The notes beneath the pieces were generated by a model. That model saw nothing but the letters and a program-made list of their open reading frames with translations, did no database searches and was not told the DNA's origin. A program made the translations under genes and the position numbers. A DNA stretch of 63,072 bases, the filler included, from Octopus bimaculoides (Eukaryota): NCBI RefSeq assembly GCF_001194135.2. It is 3 parts of 3 records of this genome, joined end to end, with 100 filler letters (N's around TTAATTAATTAA, not from the genome) between each part and the next. Parts side by side here need not be neighbours in the genome. Positions count along the whole stretch, not along the records: positions 28,924 to 51,229 come from NC_068981.1; 2 more parts are not named here. One strand, written 5' to 3'. This document shows, piece after piece, positions 36,588 through 48,529 of this stretch (within the stretch, counting starts at the first letter, position 1; each line of letters starts with the position of its first letter).

Positions 36588-38124
36588 TTTTCATTAGTCT
36601 TACTATAGTGTGGCAGCAACTAACTTCAAAACCACTGTTCGGGTTACAGTGATGACGAAGCAATCTGTTATAAATGTTACAACACATGACAAGTCATTAA
36701 AATTTATAAATATTAAAACATTAGTTAAGCATTAAGAAAGGAGAATGAACTTTCAATTACAAAAGACAAACAGAAACAACTAAACAGAGATGCTGTTACA
36801 GCAACAAAGTAGAAACGCTGTTGGCTAATTTATAAAACAACGAATTTTTTCAGTGAAACCAACGCAAAACATAAGCAGAATGTCTCCAGCACATGTCGAA
36901 AGATTTAGAAAGTTAATCTTATGAAATGGAACAAATTCAATAGCTTCAAACGCTAAAGTGTTACTCGCAAAACAGATATCTATACAAAGACACGAAGCGT
37001 ATTATATATATTTATGGGCATAATATATGCTTAGATTGATTGTGAAGGATAGTGTTTTAGGGTATTATAGCATTGTTGCTACTGTTTAGTTCCAGATAAA
37101 TCAAAATAAGGCAAGCCTGTGACCTGAGATGTACCAGCCTTAACCATCCTATTTGAATATCATGGACTACATTACCTACTATCTCCTTCCATTTTTGAGA
37201 GAGTAGGGTGTGTTTTGAAGAAGATTTGGCTGTTATTTCTAACATGATGAGCGACCGCATAAAAGCCTCTTAGTAGCTAGGATGTTATAAATATGTATGT
37301 TGAGGTGATGTACATGTATTTTTTTTTTTTTTTTTTTTTACATCAGAGTGATTGCACGTGTAGCATAAGAATTTTGAGACTTCAGGTTTATTGGTGCAAA
37401 ATAATTGTACCTCGGCGTATATCAATTTAAGTATTATTGTTGCGTTATGTAAGTGACATACCTCGTGGCCTAATAATTAGGCTGCTGATCTCATGATTAC
37501 AAGGTCGTCGATTCAATTTCTGAACGGGTTGAGGCATTGAGTCATTGAACAAGGCGCTTCTTTTTATGCTACTCCAGTCTACTCAACTGAAAATAATTAC
37601 CAACTTAGTGCTAGTCCAACCCTTTCTATCTTCAGCTGTCACATTCCCGATGTTCCGCAAGGGCCGAAACAGTGTCTATGTCTACTCACAAATGATAGAC
37701 ACCTAAAACAAGGAGCGAAAGCGTTGTATATGTGGGTAGCTCATAGTCGCTTAAGAGTGACGACTATGTTTCCTTTATTTTTGTTACCCATGAGTATAAT
37801 ACAGTTATGTTATTTAGCCCCAGACCAATTCTGGTTGAGTAAAACAATATTCCACTGCATTATGTAGCTAAAACTTCATTATCCAATAAGACACATACTT
37901 TTCAAGGCGGAAGAATTTAATCTGAAAGACAATTGGCTGCATTTTTCGCAGGTCAAGCAACGGCGTAGAGGCTTTCTCTTTGTTTTGTTCTATGTTTATG
38001 TAATTGAGTGTGATGATCGGTTGTATCTGAGGATTTTGGATGTTGCGAGTAAGAAGGATAATGATGGATTTGTTGCATGTTGCTATATCTTACACGTATT
38101 ATTGGTTAATGTGTGCTGCTTTAA

Positions 38125-38565
38125 TATTGGTTTCATATTTTGGCACAAAGCCAGAAGGTTTGTGGGGAGAAACTAAGTCGATTAAATCGGCTTCAGTGCT
38201 CAACTGGTGCTTATTTTATCGACCCTGAAAAAATGAAAGACAAAGTCGATCTCGGCGGAATTTAAACTCATAACGTGAAGGCGGACGAAATGCTGCTAAA
38301 CATTTCGGCCGGCGTGCTAACAATTCTGCCAGCTCGCCGCTTTCCGTGTTGTACATTAACATTGATATAGTGTGTAAGGTGTCAAGCTGGCAGAAATCGT
38401 TAACACGCTGAGCAAAATGCTTAGCGGCATTTCATCCGTCTTTACTTTCTGATTTCAAATGCCGCCGAGGCCGACTTTGTCTTTCATCTTTTCTGGGTCA
38501 ATAAAATAAGTACTGAAGGTGGGATGGGCGTCGATGTAATCGACCGACCTCCTACCCTGAAATAT
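38125..38565. mobile_element. Head-to-head inverted pair of family B SINEs separated by about 35 bp
   Basis: Minus copy at 38125-38342 and plus copy at about 38376-38565. Confidence 0.88.
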
Positions 38566-40387
38566 AGTGTGTAATATTATTGGGTCGTTATGTGCTTATT
38601 AATGAAGCATTCTGTGACATTATAAGTGTGTTATGTGGTATTATTAGTGTGTTCTGTGGTCTTGTCGGTATGTTGCGTGCAGTTATTACTGTATTGTGCG
38701 ACACTTGTATGATGGTTATAGTAATTGAGCAAGTTGTATTAAGTATATGACTTGTTTGGCATATATTTGGTATTCTACATGTCAGCGTTCGTTGTTTTAG
38801 GTGTTCTGTAGACACAGATTGATATAGAACAAACTTATATGTAAAGACATTTCAACTAGCCTGCTTTTTTGTCTTTTTTCAACGAATATCTAGAACTAAA
38901 TAATCCAAAAGTTCTTCTATTTTTCAAGGCGGTAGGGCGTTCTTTGAGAAAGATTTGGCTACTTCGTCGGCTCATGCTAATGTTAGTGTGTTAGTTTGAT
39001 AATATTTGTATAATGTTTTTTCAGTGTATGCATGTTGTATCGTAATCTGTTTTGTAATTGTGTAGAAATGTTAATAAGCAGTATGGTGATGTTTGTGTAG
39101 TGTATGATAAGCTTCCTAGTTCTTGCTTGGTGGGGGGGGGGGGTGATTGTTGGACACCCCGCGGGACGAAGAATAAGACCCGTCAAAGGGCAGAAGAACT
39201 ACTGTGTAGTCAACGGCCAATTCAACAAGTCCCTTGGCACGGTGAAGTGCCTATGTGCTCCATTGACCTGGAGAGCTATGCTGGAGGGAGAGAAATCTTC
39301 AGGCAGGTCTTACCAGGCTAGACAGGCCGAAGGGAAAGAGACAAACAAAACCTTAACTACTATAAATCGAAGCGTCGGCAGTAGGGCGTGGATTTAGTTA
39401 TCGGCAGGAACAGATCAGATTCCTAGCTTTGAACTAGCAGGATGTCATGCAGAGGATCTTGAATACAAGACAATGGATGAGACCCTAATATTCCTAGTCA
39501 GATGGCAATTGCGGGACCACATGGGGAAGCACCCTGTGACTCCTATAGTATGCGCAACCGAAACTCCTATGATGAGGCGTCCTATGGGACGACCTAGACG
39601 GGATGAGATGTACAGCAGTCGATTTGCTCGACTATATCTCTTGCCCAAAAGGTGTGTGGCTTTGTGCCAAAGCAATAAATTTATATTACAATTGTTTATC
39701 CCTTACGTTGAACATGTGGTAGTTCTTATTGTCGAATTGGCTCATTTTACATAAACTCACGTTAAATAATGTGTTATCTCAAGGGTGGTGTACCGTCAAC
39801 GGTAGTATACAGTGTTTCTAGCCACTACATTTAATTCTCAATATGAATAATATATTTCAGAGCAAAAGTCAGGAATACTATATAATTAACTAGAGCTTCA
39901 TTAGCCTGTAGTGTTAAAGGAGGTCGTTCTTCGATATGAGGTCTCAACTAGTTTTATCATCAAACTTGGATCTTCGTTTGGATTGGCTGAGATACGATGA
40001 CAACAATAATCTTCCTCTGTTACCAAGGAACATTGAAAGAGATCTTCCTTCGCTGTCTAATCGTTCTGACATTTAAACTGAGCCTTTAATTTTCAGTGTG
40101 TCGTTGTGTCCATATCGAAAGTTTGGCTTTTATTTAATACGCCAGAATAAAACAGCCTGGTGGAGCTGGTCTTATGAGTATTTTATTCGTGCTTTGAATT
40201 GTAGACTATTAATGAAGTTATACATAACCAAAATTGTAGTGTAAAGTCGAGTCACGTTTAAGCAACATCATTTCCCCTACCCTTTAGCTGTAAAGATTAG
40301 CTTGGATAAGAGATCGGTTCCAGCGGACCAACTAACATTTGATAATCGTTTGCATGAGATCAAATACCACCACTGTCGACATATTTT

Positions 40388-40860
40388 AGGGGTGCCGGAA
40401 AATAATGTCGTATTTCATACAATGAATTCAAATCAACATAAAACATATAGATATATTAATTCATTCGAAATATAGTATTTATCATTAGCAATAACATTTC
40501 CCCACCTTGAAAAATGTGTTTTGGTTCTTCAGAAGAGAAGAAATCAGGTTGTTTAGAAGAGAAAAATGTTTGGAGTCCCTGCTTCGGAATGTTTTTCTGC
40601 TAGTAAAGTGTTCAAGTGACCTGAAAAAGTAAAAATATGATGGTGCTAAGTCTGGTGAGTAGGCAAGGTGAGGTAGAACTTCCCAGCCTAATTCATTTTT
40701 CTTTGGTTGTCTTTGCTGAATGTGGCCTTAATTCCTATGGGAAAGCTCATGAGATATCCACTTTTCCCTATACACTTTTCCAATCTGTTTGAGATGATCT
40801 TGCACAGTACTTTGACACGGATCTTCTTGTGGTATGACGCCAGACTATTTGCTTGAAAAT
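40388..40860 (-). pseudogene. mariner C-terminal remnant
   Basis: Minus-strand LPHLAYSPDLAPSYFYFFRSLEHF; terminal-like ggggtgccggaaaataatgtcgtattt near 40388. Confidence 0.75.
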
Positions 40861-41289
40861 ACATCACATTTCAGCACCCTCTAATACTTTCAGCCCCCCC
40901 CCCCCTGGGTCAAATATANNNNNNNNNNCTTTCAGCCCCCCCCCCCCTGGGTCAAATATATAAGTACATGTACCACACAATAGTTGATTCAATAAATTGA
41001 ATTTTTTTAGTTGTGAAAACAGGTCTTGTGCGGTGCCGGACGAAATGAATGCTTTTCTTAAGTATAGCGAACATGGGGATAAAAAAAATAAGGATTTCAT
41101 TTCTCTTCTCATGAGGGTGTACAAGTGAGACCGTGATATCTATTTCACCGTATGGTGCATCTTGTACTCTATAAATGTATATTTCAGTCTACCAAAACTG
41201 TTACAATTTCACCAATACTACTTATATTATCCTGGCGCCCTGTGTATAATGAGGTTATTTTCTGTATGTTGTGTTTATGTGTAAGACTT

Positions 41290-41650
41290 AATTTCGCTTA
41301 TGTATTTGTCTGCATATTTTTATTATTCCCAAGATACCTATAATTATGAATATTGTTCGCATTCAATTCCCAAATTCTGGTTATCTCTATTTCTAGATTT
41401 TTATATTTGGATCGTTTCTCCATAACTTTTGAAGATATATTATTGTCTATTGGAATTGAAATAGCGATTAATAAACTTTTTATATCCTCGATAGAATTTG
41501 ACAATAGTATCGAAACGATTTTCTTTAATCTCCATGACTGTATTACTTGCAAAGTCTCAAAGTGTGATCTCTTTGGCAATCTGTGGAATGGGCTTTTAAT
41601 GTATATTTGTGCTGTGTCTCTCCTGAGTTATTTCATAGGTATAATTTCTG
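41290..41650 (-). pseudogene. REL (restriction-like endonuclease) domain remnant of an R4/Dong/NeSL-type LINE
   Basis: SLLIAISIPIDNNISSKVMEKRSKYKNLEIEITRIW matches the LLIDxSIPxDxNI...EKxxKYxDLxIEIxRxW pattern. Confidence 0.8.
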
Positions 41651-41699
41651 GTGTAAGAAATCTCCAGTTCACGTGTGTGTATATATATATGTACCTTTT

Positions 41700-41880
41700 T
41701 TAACTTCAACTTGTTTCGGTCATTTGATTGCGACCATGCTGTAGCACCACATTGAAGAATTTTAGTCTAATAAACTCATTCCATAAACTCATTTTCAAGC
41801 CCGGTGTTCATTCTATCGATCAATTTTATCAAACTGTAAACACACCAACGCCGGTTGTCAAGCGGTAGTGATACGCATGC
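41700..41880 (-). mobile_element. SINE family A, 3' portion
   Basis: Reverse complement of the CGCTTGACAACCGG...CAGCATGGTCGCAATCAAATGACCGAAAC tail. Confidence 0.75.
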
Positions 41881-42116
41881 ACGCGCAAGTGTATGCGTCT
41901 GTGTCTGTGTATGTATGACGAACTCAACGAACACTGCGAAATTCCTGAAGTAGATCCAGCGATACTTATATCAAAACTGTAGATGACATCAGGTAGCCTA
42001 AACAGTGAAAGTGCTTTAATCGGCATACTACTAACCATATACCCAAGGTCTAAATAATTACTTAAGTATGTATGTATGTTATCAATCAGTTTCATTTCTG
42101 TATTTCTTGTCCATAG

Positions 42117-42182
42117 AGAAAGTGCCGGACTCTAACATAGATTCAAGGCTCCTTCATTGGAACTTTTATCAACATCATCTAG
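42117..42182 (+). CDS. Candidate 66-nt symmetric exon (phase 1-1): KVPDSNIDSRLLHWNFYQHHL
   Basis: Long polypyrimidine acceptor tttctgtatttcttgtccatAG and donor AG/GTATTT; only one frame is open. No homology recognised. Confidence 0.35.
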
Positions 42183-42675
42183 GTATTTGTGCATATGTGT
42201 GTGTGTGTGTGCAGTATTTGGTGTTAGTGTATGCGCAGATTTGTATGTTTGTTTTATGGATGCGTTTTTATGTCTAGATGCATGCATAAGTATGTATGTA
42301 TGTATGTATGTATGTATGTATGTATGTATGTATGTATGTATGTGGTGGAAGTCAACTTCCACCGAGGAAGATCACTTCCTGAAGTTTGCAAACTTTCCAA
42401 GTGTCCAAGAAGTTCCTGCGCATGAATTTGTTTTGAGCGGATGAAGTGTTGCAGAGCACAGAACTCATTTCTCAGCACAATCAACTCTAAAACCAGTGGC
42501 GCAACAGAGGATGAGACGACTGGAAACCAACTGCACTACAAGTTTTATTCTTTTCTTTTTATACGAGTTTATCTTCTCCTTGAACGAAGCTCTAACGAGA
42601 ATTAGGGGTCCTTCACTGCCATTGGTTCACATACTAGTTAGCTCATAGCTGGGAATCTAACAACTGCTGCTGCTG

Positions 42676-42733
<58 letters not shown>

Positions 42734-44241
42734 GACTACGACTAGTACAACGGGTCAGTGTAGACCCGGGAGTAATAGTCGCTAAGAGCTGGTTCCACAT
42801 TTCTCAAAACTCTGGAACTCCCGAACCAGAACCTCACTACCGGAAGCAATTTAAAGTCGTACATACATACATACATACATGCATGCATACATACATATTT
42901 ACATACATACATACATACATACACACACGTCCATACATACACACACACACATACACACACATACATACATACATACATACATACCTGCATNNNNNNNNNN
43001 NNNNNNNNNNNNNNNNNNNNNNNNNNNNNNNCATGCATACGTACATACATACGTACATACATACATACATACACATGCATGCATACATACATAAACACAC
43101 ACATATGCATGTATACATACATACACACATACACACATATATACATACACACATACATTTATAAATGCATACATACATATATGCTTACATACATACACAC
43201 ATACATACATACATACATACATACATACATACATACATACATACATACATACATACATACATTGGTGTTTTTGTGCCTCAATAATGAAAATCGTTTAATA
43301 TCAGTTCTGAGGAAGATGAGCTTCTGATTCACCAATCATTTTATTTTATTAATTCCTTTCGTGTATTAGCAACATAGAAGCTTTTCTTAACATTGCATAA
43401 TATCCTTTAGAGTTGGAGTGCAGTTTTTAGTGTTAATAGATCTTATTGTTTCTTCTCCAGCTTCTTTTGGCCTGCATTTTACTTCAACCTCTTCTTTAAT
43501 TAGTTCTTTAATTATCTCATCTCTGTTCCTTCAAGTAACAGGATTTCATGGCTTTTNNNNNNNNNNNNNNNNNNNNNNNNNNNNNNNNNNNNNNNNNNNN
43601 NNNNNNNNNNNNNNNNNNNNNNNNNNNNNNNNNNNNNNNNNNNNNNNNNNNNNNNNATATATACAGAAGCATATACTCATATGCAGCTATATGTGTTTTT
43701 GTGCATATTGTGTGTCTGTCTCAATATGTATGTATGCATTATGTAAGTATGTATGTATGTATGTATGTATGTATCAGTTCGTGAACATATAGAAGTTAGT
43801 GTGTAGAAATGATAAGAAATATGCTTTCGAGCTAGTATCCGTCTTTACCTTGATATTTTTATATTTAAGCGCTGAATACTGTCTGTGAGGTTTCTTTGCA
43901 GACATGTACAGTGCAAGACTTGATACCACAATTATTATCTGATTTGTCATACTTGTTAAGAAGCATTTATGTTGCATGTTTTATAGTGTTTCAATTTATT
44001 AAATTTTCTTTTATAAAATATTATTCATTTGACTGAAGTTACCGCTTTACACATAACTCAAATTGAAAGTAAAATATCTCTCCACGACAAAGATTATAGT
44101 TTTTATCTGGCGGCGGTTTAATACTGTCTCGAATAATCATTTTCAATAAATTAATAAATTCCAACAAAAAGAAAAAAGAAATAGAAACGAAAATAATTTA
44201 GCAGATGTCAACGAATGAATAGATCTCTCTCACTCTCTCTT

Positions 44242-44284
<43 letters not shown>

Positions 44285-45218
44285 NNNNNNNNNNNNNNNN
44301 NNNNNNNNNNNNNNNNNNNNNNNNNNNNNNNNNNNNNNNNNNNNNNNNNNNNNNNNNNNNNNNNNNNNNNNNNNNNNNNNNNNNNNNNNNNNNNNNNNNN
44401 NNNNNNNNNNNNNNNNNNNNNNNNNNNNNNNNNNNNNNNNNNNNNNNNNNNNNNNNNNNNNNNNNNNNNNNNNNNNNNNNNNNNNNNNNNNNNNNNNNNN
44501 NNNNNNNNNNNNNNNNNNNNNNNNNNNNNNNNNNNNNNNNNNNNNNNNNNNNNNNNNNNNNNNNNNNNNNNNNNNNNNNNNNNNNNNNNNNNNNNNNNNN
44601 NNNNNNNNNNNNNNNNNNNNNNNNNNNNNNNNNNNNNNNNNNNNNNNNNNNNNNNNNNNNNNNNNNNNNNNNNNNNNNNNNNNNNNNNNNNNNNNNNNNN
44701 NNNNNNNNNNNNNNNNNNNNNNNNNNNNNNNNNNNNNNNNNNNNNNNNNNNNNNNNNNNNNNNNNNNNNNNNNNNNNNNNNNNNNNNNNNNNNNNNNNNN
44801 NNNNNNNNNNNNNNNNNNNNNNNNNNNNNNNNNNNNNNNNNNNNNNNNNNNNNNNNNNNNNNNNNNNNNNNNNNNNNNNNNNNNNNNNNNNNNNNNNNNN
44901 NNNNNNNNNNNNNNNNNNNNNNNNNNNNNNNNNNNNNNNNNNNNNNNNNNNNNNNNNNNNNNNNNNNNNNNNNNNNNNNNNNNNNNNNNNNNNNNNNNNN
45001 NNNNNNNNNNNNNNNNNNNNNNNNNNNNNNNNNNNNNNNNNNNNNNNNNNNNNNNNNNNNNNNNNNNNNNNNNNNNNNNNNNNNNNNNNNNNNNNNNNNN
45101 NNNNNNNNNNNNNNNNNNNNNNNNNNNNNNNNNNNNNNNNNNNNNNNNNNNNNNNNNNNNNNNNNNNNNNNNNNNNNNNNNNNNNNNNNNNNNNNNNNNN
45201 NNNNNNNNNNNNNNNNNN

Positions 45219-45258
<40 letters not shown>

Positions 45259-46149
45259 TGTGTGTGTGTGTGTGTAACTGTATGCGTGTATCCATGTATT
45301 AATGATCCTTAAGACGTGTGCAAAAAATCAAACCCCTGGAACAGTAGTCAACGCGCCGACGTCGCGTTGCTAGCGGCTGCGGTACCTTCTCTGCATGATA
45401 TTGACTTCAAGTCTAGTAATGACCACACACTCCCTATATCAGTTAGTCATTAATCTAGATATGCTTGGGTAGCCGTATTTTTAGTGTTCTTTTCGATTTC
45501 GTCGTAAGTTGAACAATATTGATGTAGAGGTGCAACTTGTTTGTGCAAAATTCAGTTTTGAATAATGTTGCGACACGCCTATGAGAAGCCAAACGCATTG
45601 TCACGTGTGGTACCGTTGTTTTAAATCGAGAAGAGCATCTACCAATGACTATTTCGAACCTGGCCGAACTTGCGTGTCAACAGCGGTGGTATTTTAACAC
45701 CATAAGTACCGAGCGTTCATTTATGACCGCTTTTGCTTTTTACTTTTTTATTTCTACGATTGATTTGAATATGTAATCATGAGCATCATTTCATATATAT
45801 ATATNNNNNNNNNNNNNNNNNNNNNNNNNNNNNNNNNNNNNNNNNNNNNNNNNNNNNNNNNNNNNNNNNNNNNNNNNNNNNNNNNNNNNNNNNNNNNNNN
45901 NNNNNNNATGTATGTATGTATGTATGTATGTATGTATGTATGTATGTATGTATGTATGTATATTGTACCTAAATAAATGCTAAAAGACTATTTTCAATAT
46001 ACTGCATTAACGTATATTTAAAATAAATTGTATTAAATAAAGATTTTCAATGCCAGTCAAAAATTACCGCTATGGTCCATGTAGAAAGTAAGAAATGTTG
46101 GCACTTCTAGTCTTAAAAGTACCTGCTGTTTTTCCTTAAAACCAACGCC

Positions 46150-46895
46150 TAATTGTTCGTAAAGTTTCCAGAGAAGAAAGCAATGATAGGTGTGTGCCAC
46201 ATGATTTTAAAAGAAAACTAAAACGGATTGGGTTATCGTAAAATATGTGCTGCGTCTGCTGACTGATCAACAAAGTGAGAGCCCAGTCAGTGTCAGACAG
46301 GAGGTGTCTGAACGTTCAAATGTTGATGAAAACTTGTGGAGAATGTAATAACAGATGACGTACCATGGTTGTACGACAAGACTGTCGGAATCAAAAGGCA
46401 GTCATCGCTGTGGGTTGGATCATCGGCGCGACGATTAAAAATGAAACATAGTGTTGCTCAAATGTGTTGATGATATCGTCTTTTTGTGATTAGATGGCCG
46501 TTCATCGTGAGTTTGCTCCACATAATCAGAAGATCGATAAAGAAAGTTTTACTTTGACGACCTGAAATGTTTGTGAGAGGTAGTGCAAAAGAAAAGGCAC
46601 GAAACATGAAGAAATAAAATCTAGATGCTGCATCATGACAACGCATTTGCTCACTAATCACTACTTATCCGTGTCTTTTTGCTAACTCAAGGAGTCGACC
46701 AACTTTTCGGTCCTTTCTGTGATTCCCAAAGTTGAAATTCACTCTCAATTATCATTTCTGACGATGGAAATGCCCGAACAAAATTGAACTGTGCACTAGC
46801 CCTAAGAACGCGCTCCAGGACATGTTTCAAAACTCTGAAATGTATTAGGAGCGACGTACAAATAGTAGAGAAAAGGGTCCGAAGAGTCAAGGTGA
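46150..46895 (+). pseudogene. mariner transposase remnant
   Basis: Decayed KYVLRLLTDQQ, ITDD(=ITGDE), KRQSSLW, DAAS*Q(=LHHDN) and FPKLKFTL motifs in order. Confidence 0.75.
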
Positions 46896-46929
46896 AGTAA
46901 TGCAGAAAATTTGTATTTTTTTAAATGCT

Positions 46930-47690
46930 TGATTCCTAACCACATGATTCCGGGTTCAGTCCCACTGCGTTGCACCGAGAACAAGTGTCTTCTACTATAG
47001 CCTCGGGATGACCAAAGCCGTGTGAGTGAATTTGGTAGGCGGAAACTGAAAGAAGCCTTTGGGCTTGTGAGTACTCCCCCACCACTACTTGACAATCGGT
47101 GCTGGTGTGTTTACGTCCCCGTAACCTATCGGTTCGGCCAAAAGGGGCCAATAAAATAAATTCTTCATGGCAGTGTCCGCCAGCATGGCCACAGTCAAAT
47201 GACTAAAACAAGCAAAAAATAAAAGATAAAGGATACATATAGGTGCAGGCGTGGCTGTGTGGTAAGAAACTTGCTTCCCAACTGCATCGTTCCGGGTTCA
47301 GTCCTACTGCGTGGCTCCTTGGGCAAGTATCTTCTACTATAGCCTCGTACCGACCAAAGCCTTGTGAGTGGATTTCGTAGACAAAAACTGATAGAAGGCC
47401 GTCGTATATATAGGTATATATTCGTGGGTCTGTATTTGTCCCCACCTACCACCTTCGCTTGACAACCGATCATGGTGTGTTTACGTCCCCGTAACCTATC
47501 GGTTCGGCCAAAAGGGGCCAATAAAATAAATTCTTCATGGCAGTGTCCGCCAGCATGGCCACAGTCAAATGACTAAAACAAGCAAAAAATAAAAGATAAA
47601 GGATACATATAGGTGCAGGCGTGGCTGTGTGGTAAGAAACTTGCTTCCCAACTGCATCGTTCCGGGTTCAGTCCTACTGCGTGGCTCCTT
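46930..47690 (+). mobile_element. Tandem family A SINEs with an identical 218-bp duplication (47103-47320 = 47473-47690; period 370)
   Basis: Direct comparison; the second unit runs into an N-gap. Confidence 0.88.
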
Positions 47691-48137
47691 NNNNNNNNNN
47701 NNNNNNNNNNNNNNNNNNNNNNNNNNNNNNNNNNNNNNNNNNNNNNNNNNNNNNNNNNNNNNNNNNNNNNNNNNNNNNNNNNNNNNNNNNNNNNNNNNNN
47801 NNNNNNNNNNNNNNNNNNNNNNNNNNNNNNNNNNNNNNNNNNNNNNNNNNNNNNNNNNNNNNNNNNNNNNNNNNNNNNNNNNNNNNNNNNNNNNNNNNNN
47901 NNNNNNNNNNNNNNNNNNNNNNNNNNNNNNNNNNNNNNNNNNNNNNNNNNNNNNNNNNNNNNNNNNNNNNNNNNNNNNNNNNNNNNNNNNNNNNNNNNNN
48001 NNNNNNNNNNNNNNNNNNNNNNNNNNNNNNNNNNNNGAGAGATTTGATGCTAATATCCATTATTATTGTAATTTATTCCTATGTCAATAATAATGGATAT
48101 TAGCGTCAAATCTCTCTTAAATTTAAATTTAAAACTT

Positions 48138-48174
<37 letters not shown>

Positions 48175-48529
48175 GGGAAAAGTAAAAAGAAAACAAAGAA
48201 AATGCACATTAGATATAAAAAATAAAGTTTTTTATGCAAAGTAAAGATATCTACATACAATTAGAGGATTTGAGGTGGAATTGTGAGGTATGAAAGTTAT
48301 TATTATGATTCATTATAGAGATTCAAAGTCATACCGGTATCGTCAGAAGCTGATCACTGACTTTGAATGAACACCGATTTCCAAACGGTGTCCGGTCTAA
48401 TAGTATCTGAGTGAAAAGATTACATTCAAGGGAGGTACGCAGTTCTGAAAGTGATGCAATTAAGGTAGATATAAATACTGGAATATCAATGGTGTATGGG
48501 ATGTATGGAGATTTGTGGTATTACTGTTA

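Noticed and set aside
39930-40070. 42-codon minus-strand ORF (MSERLDSEGRSLSMFLGNRG...) with a neuropeptide-like look
   Set aside because: No signal peptide, an in-frame stop immediately upstream and no convincing splice acceptor.
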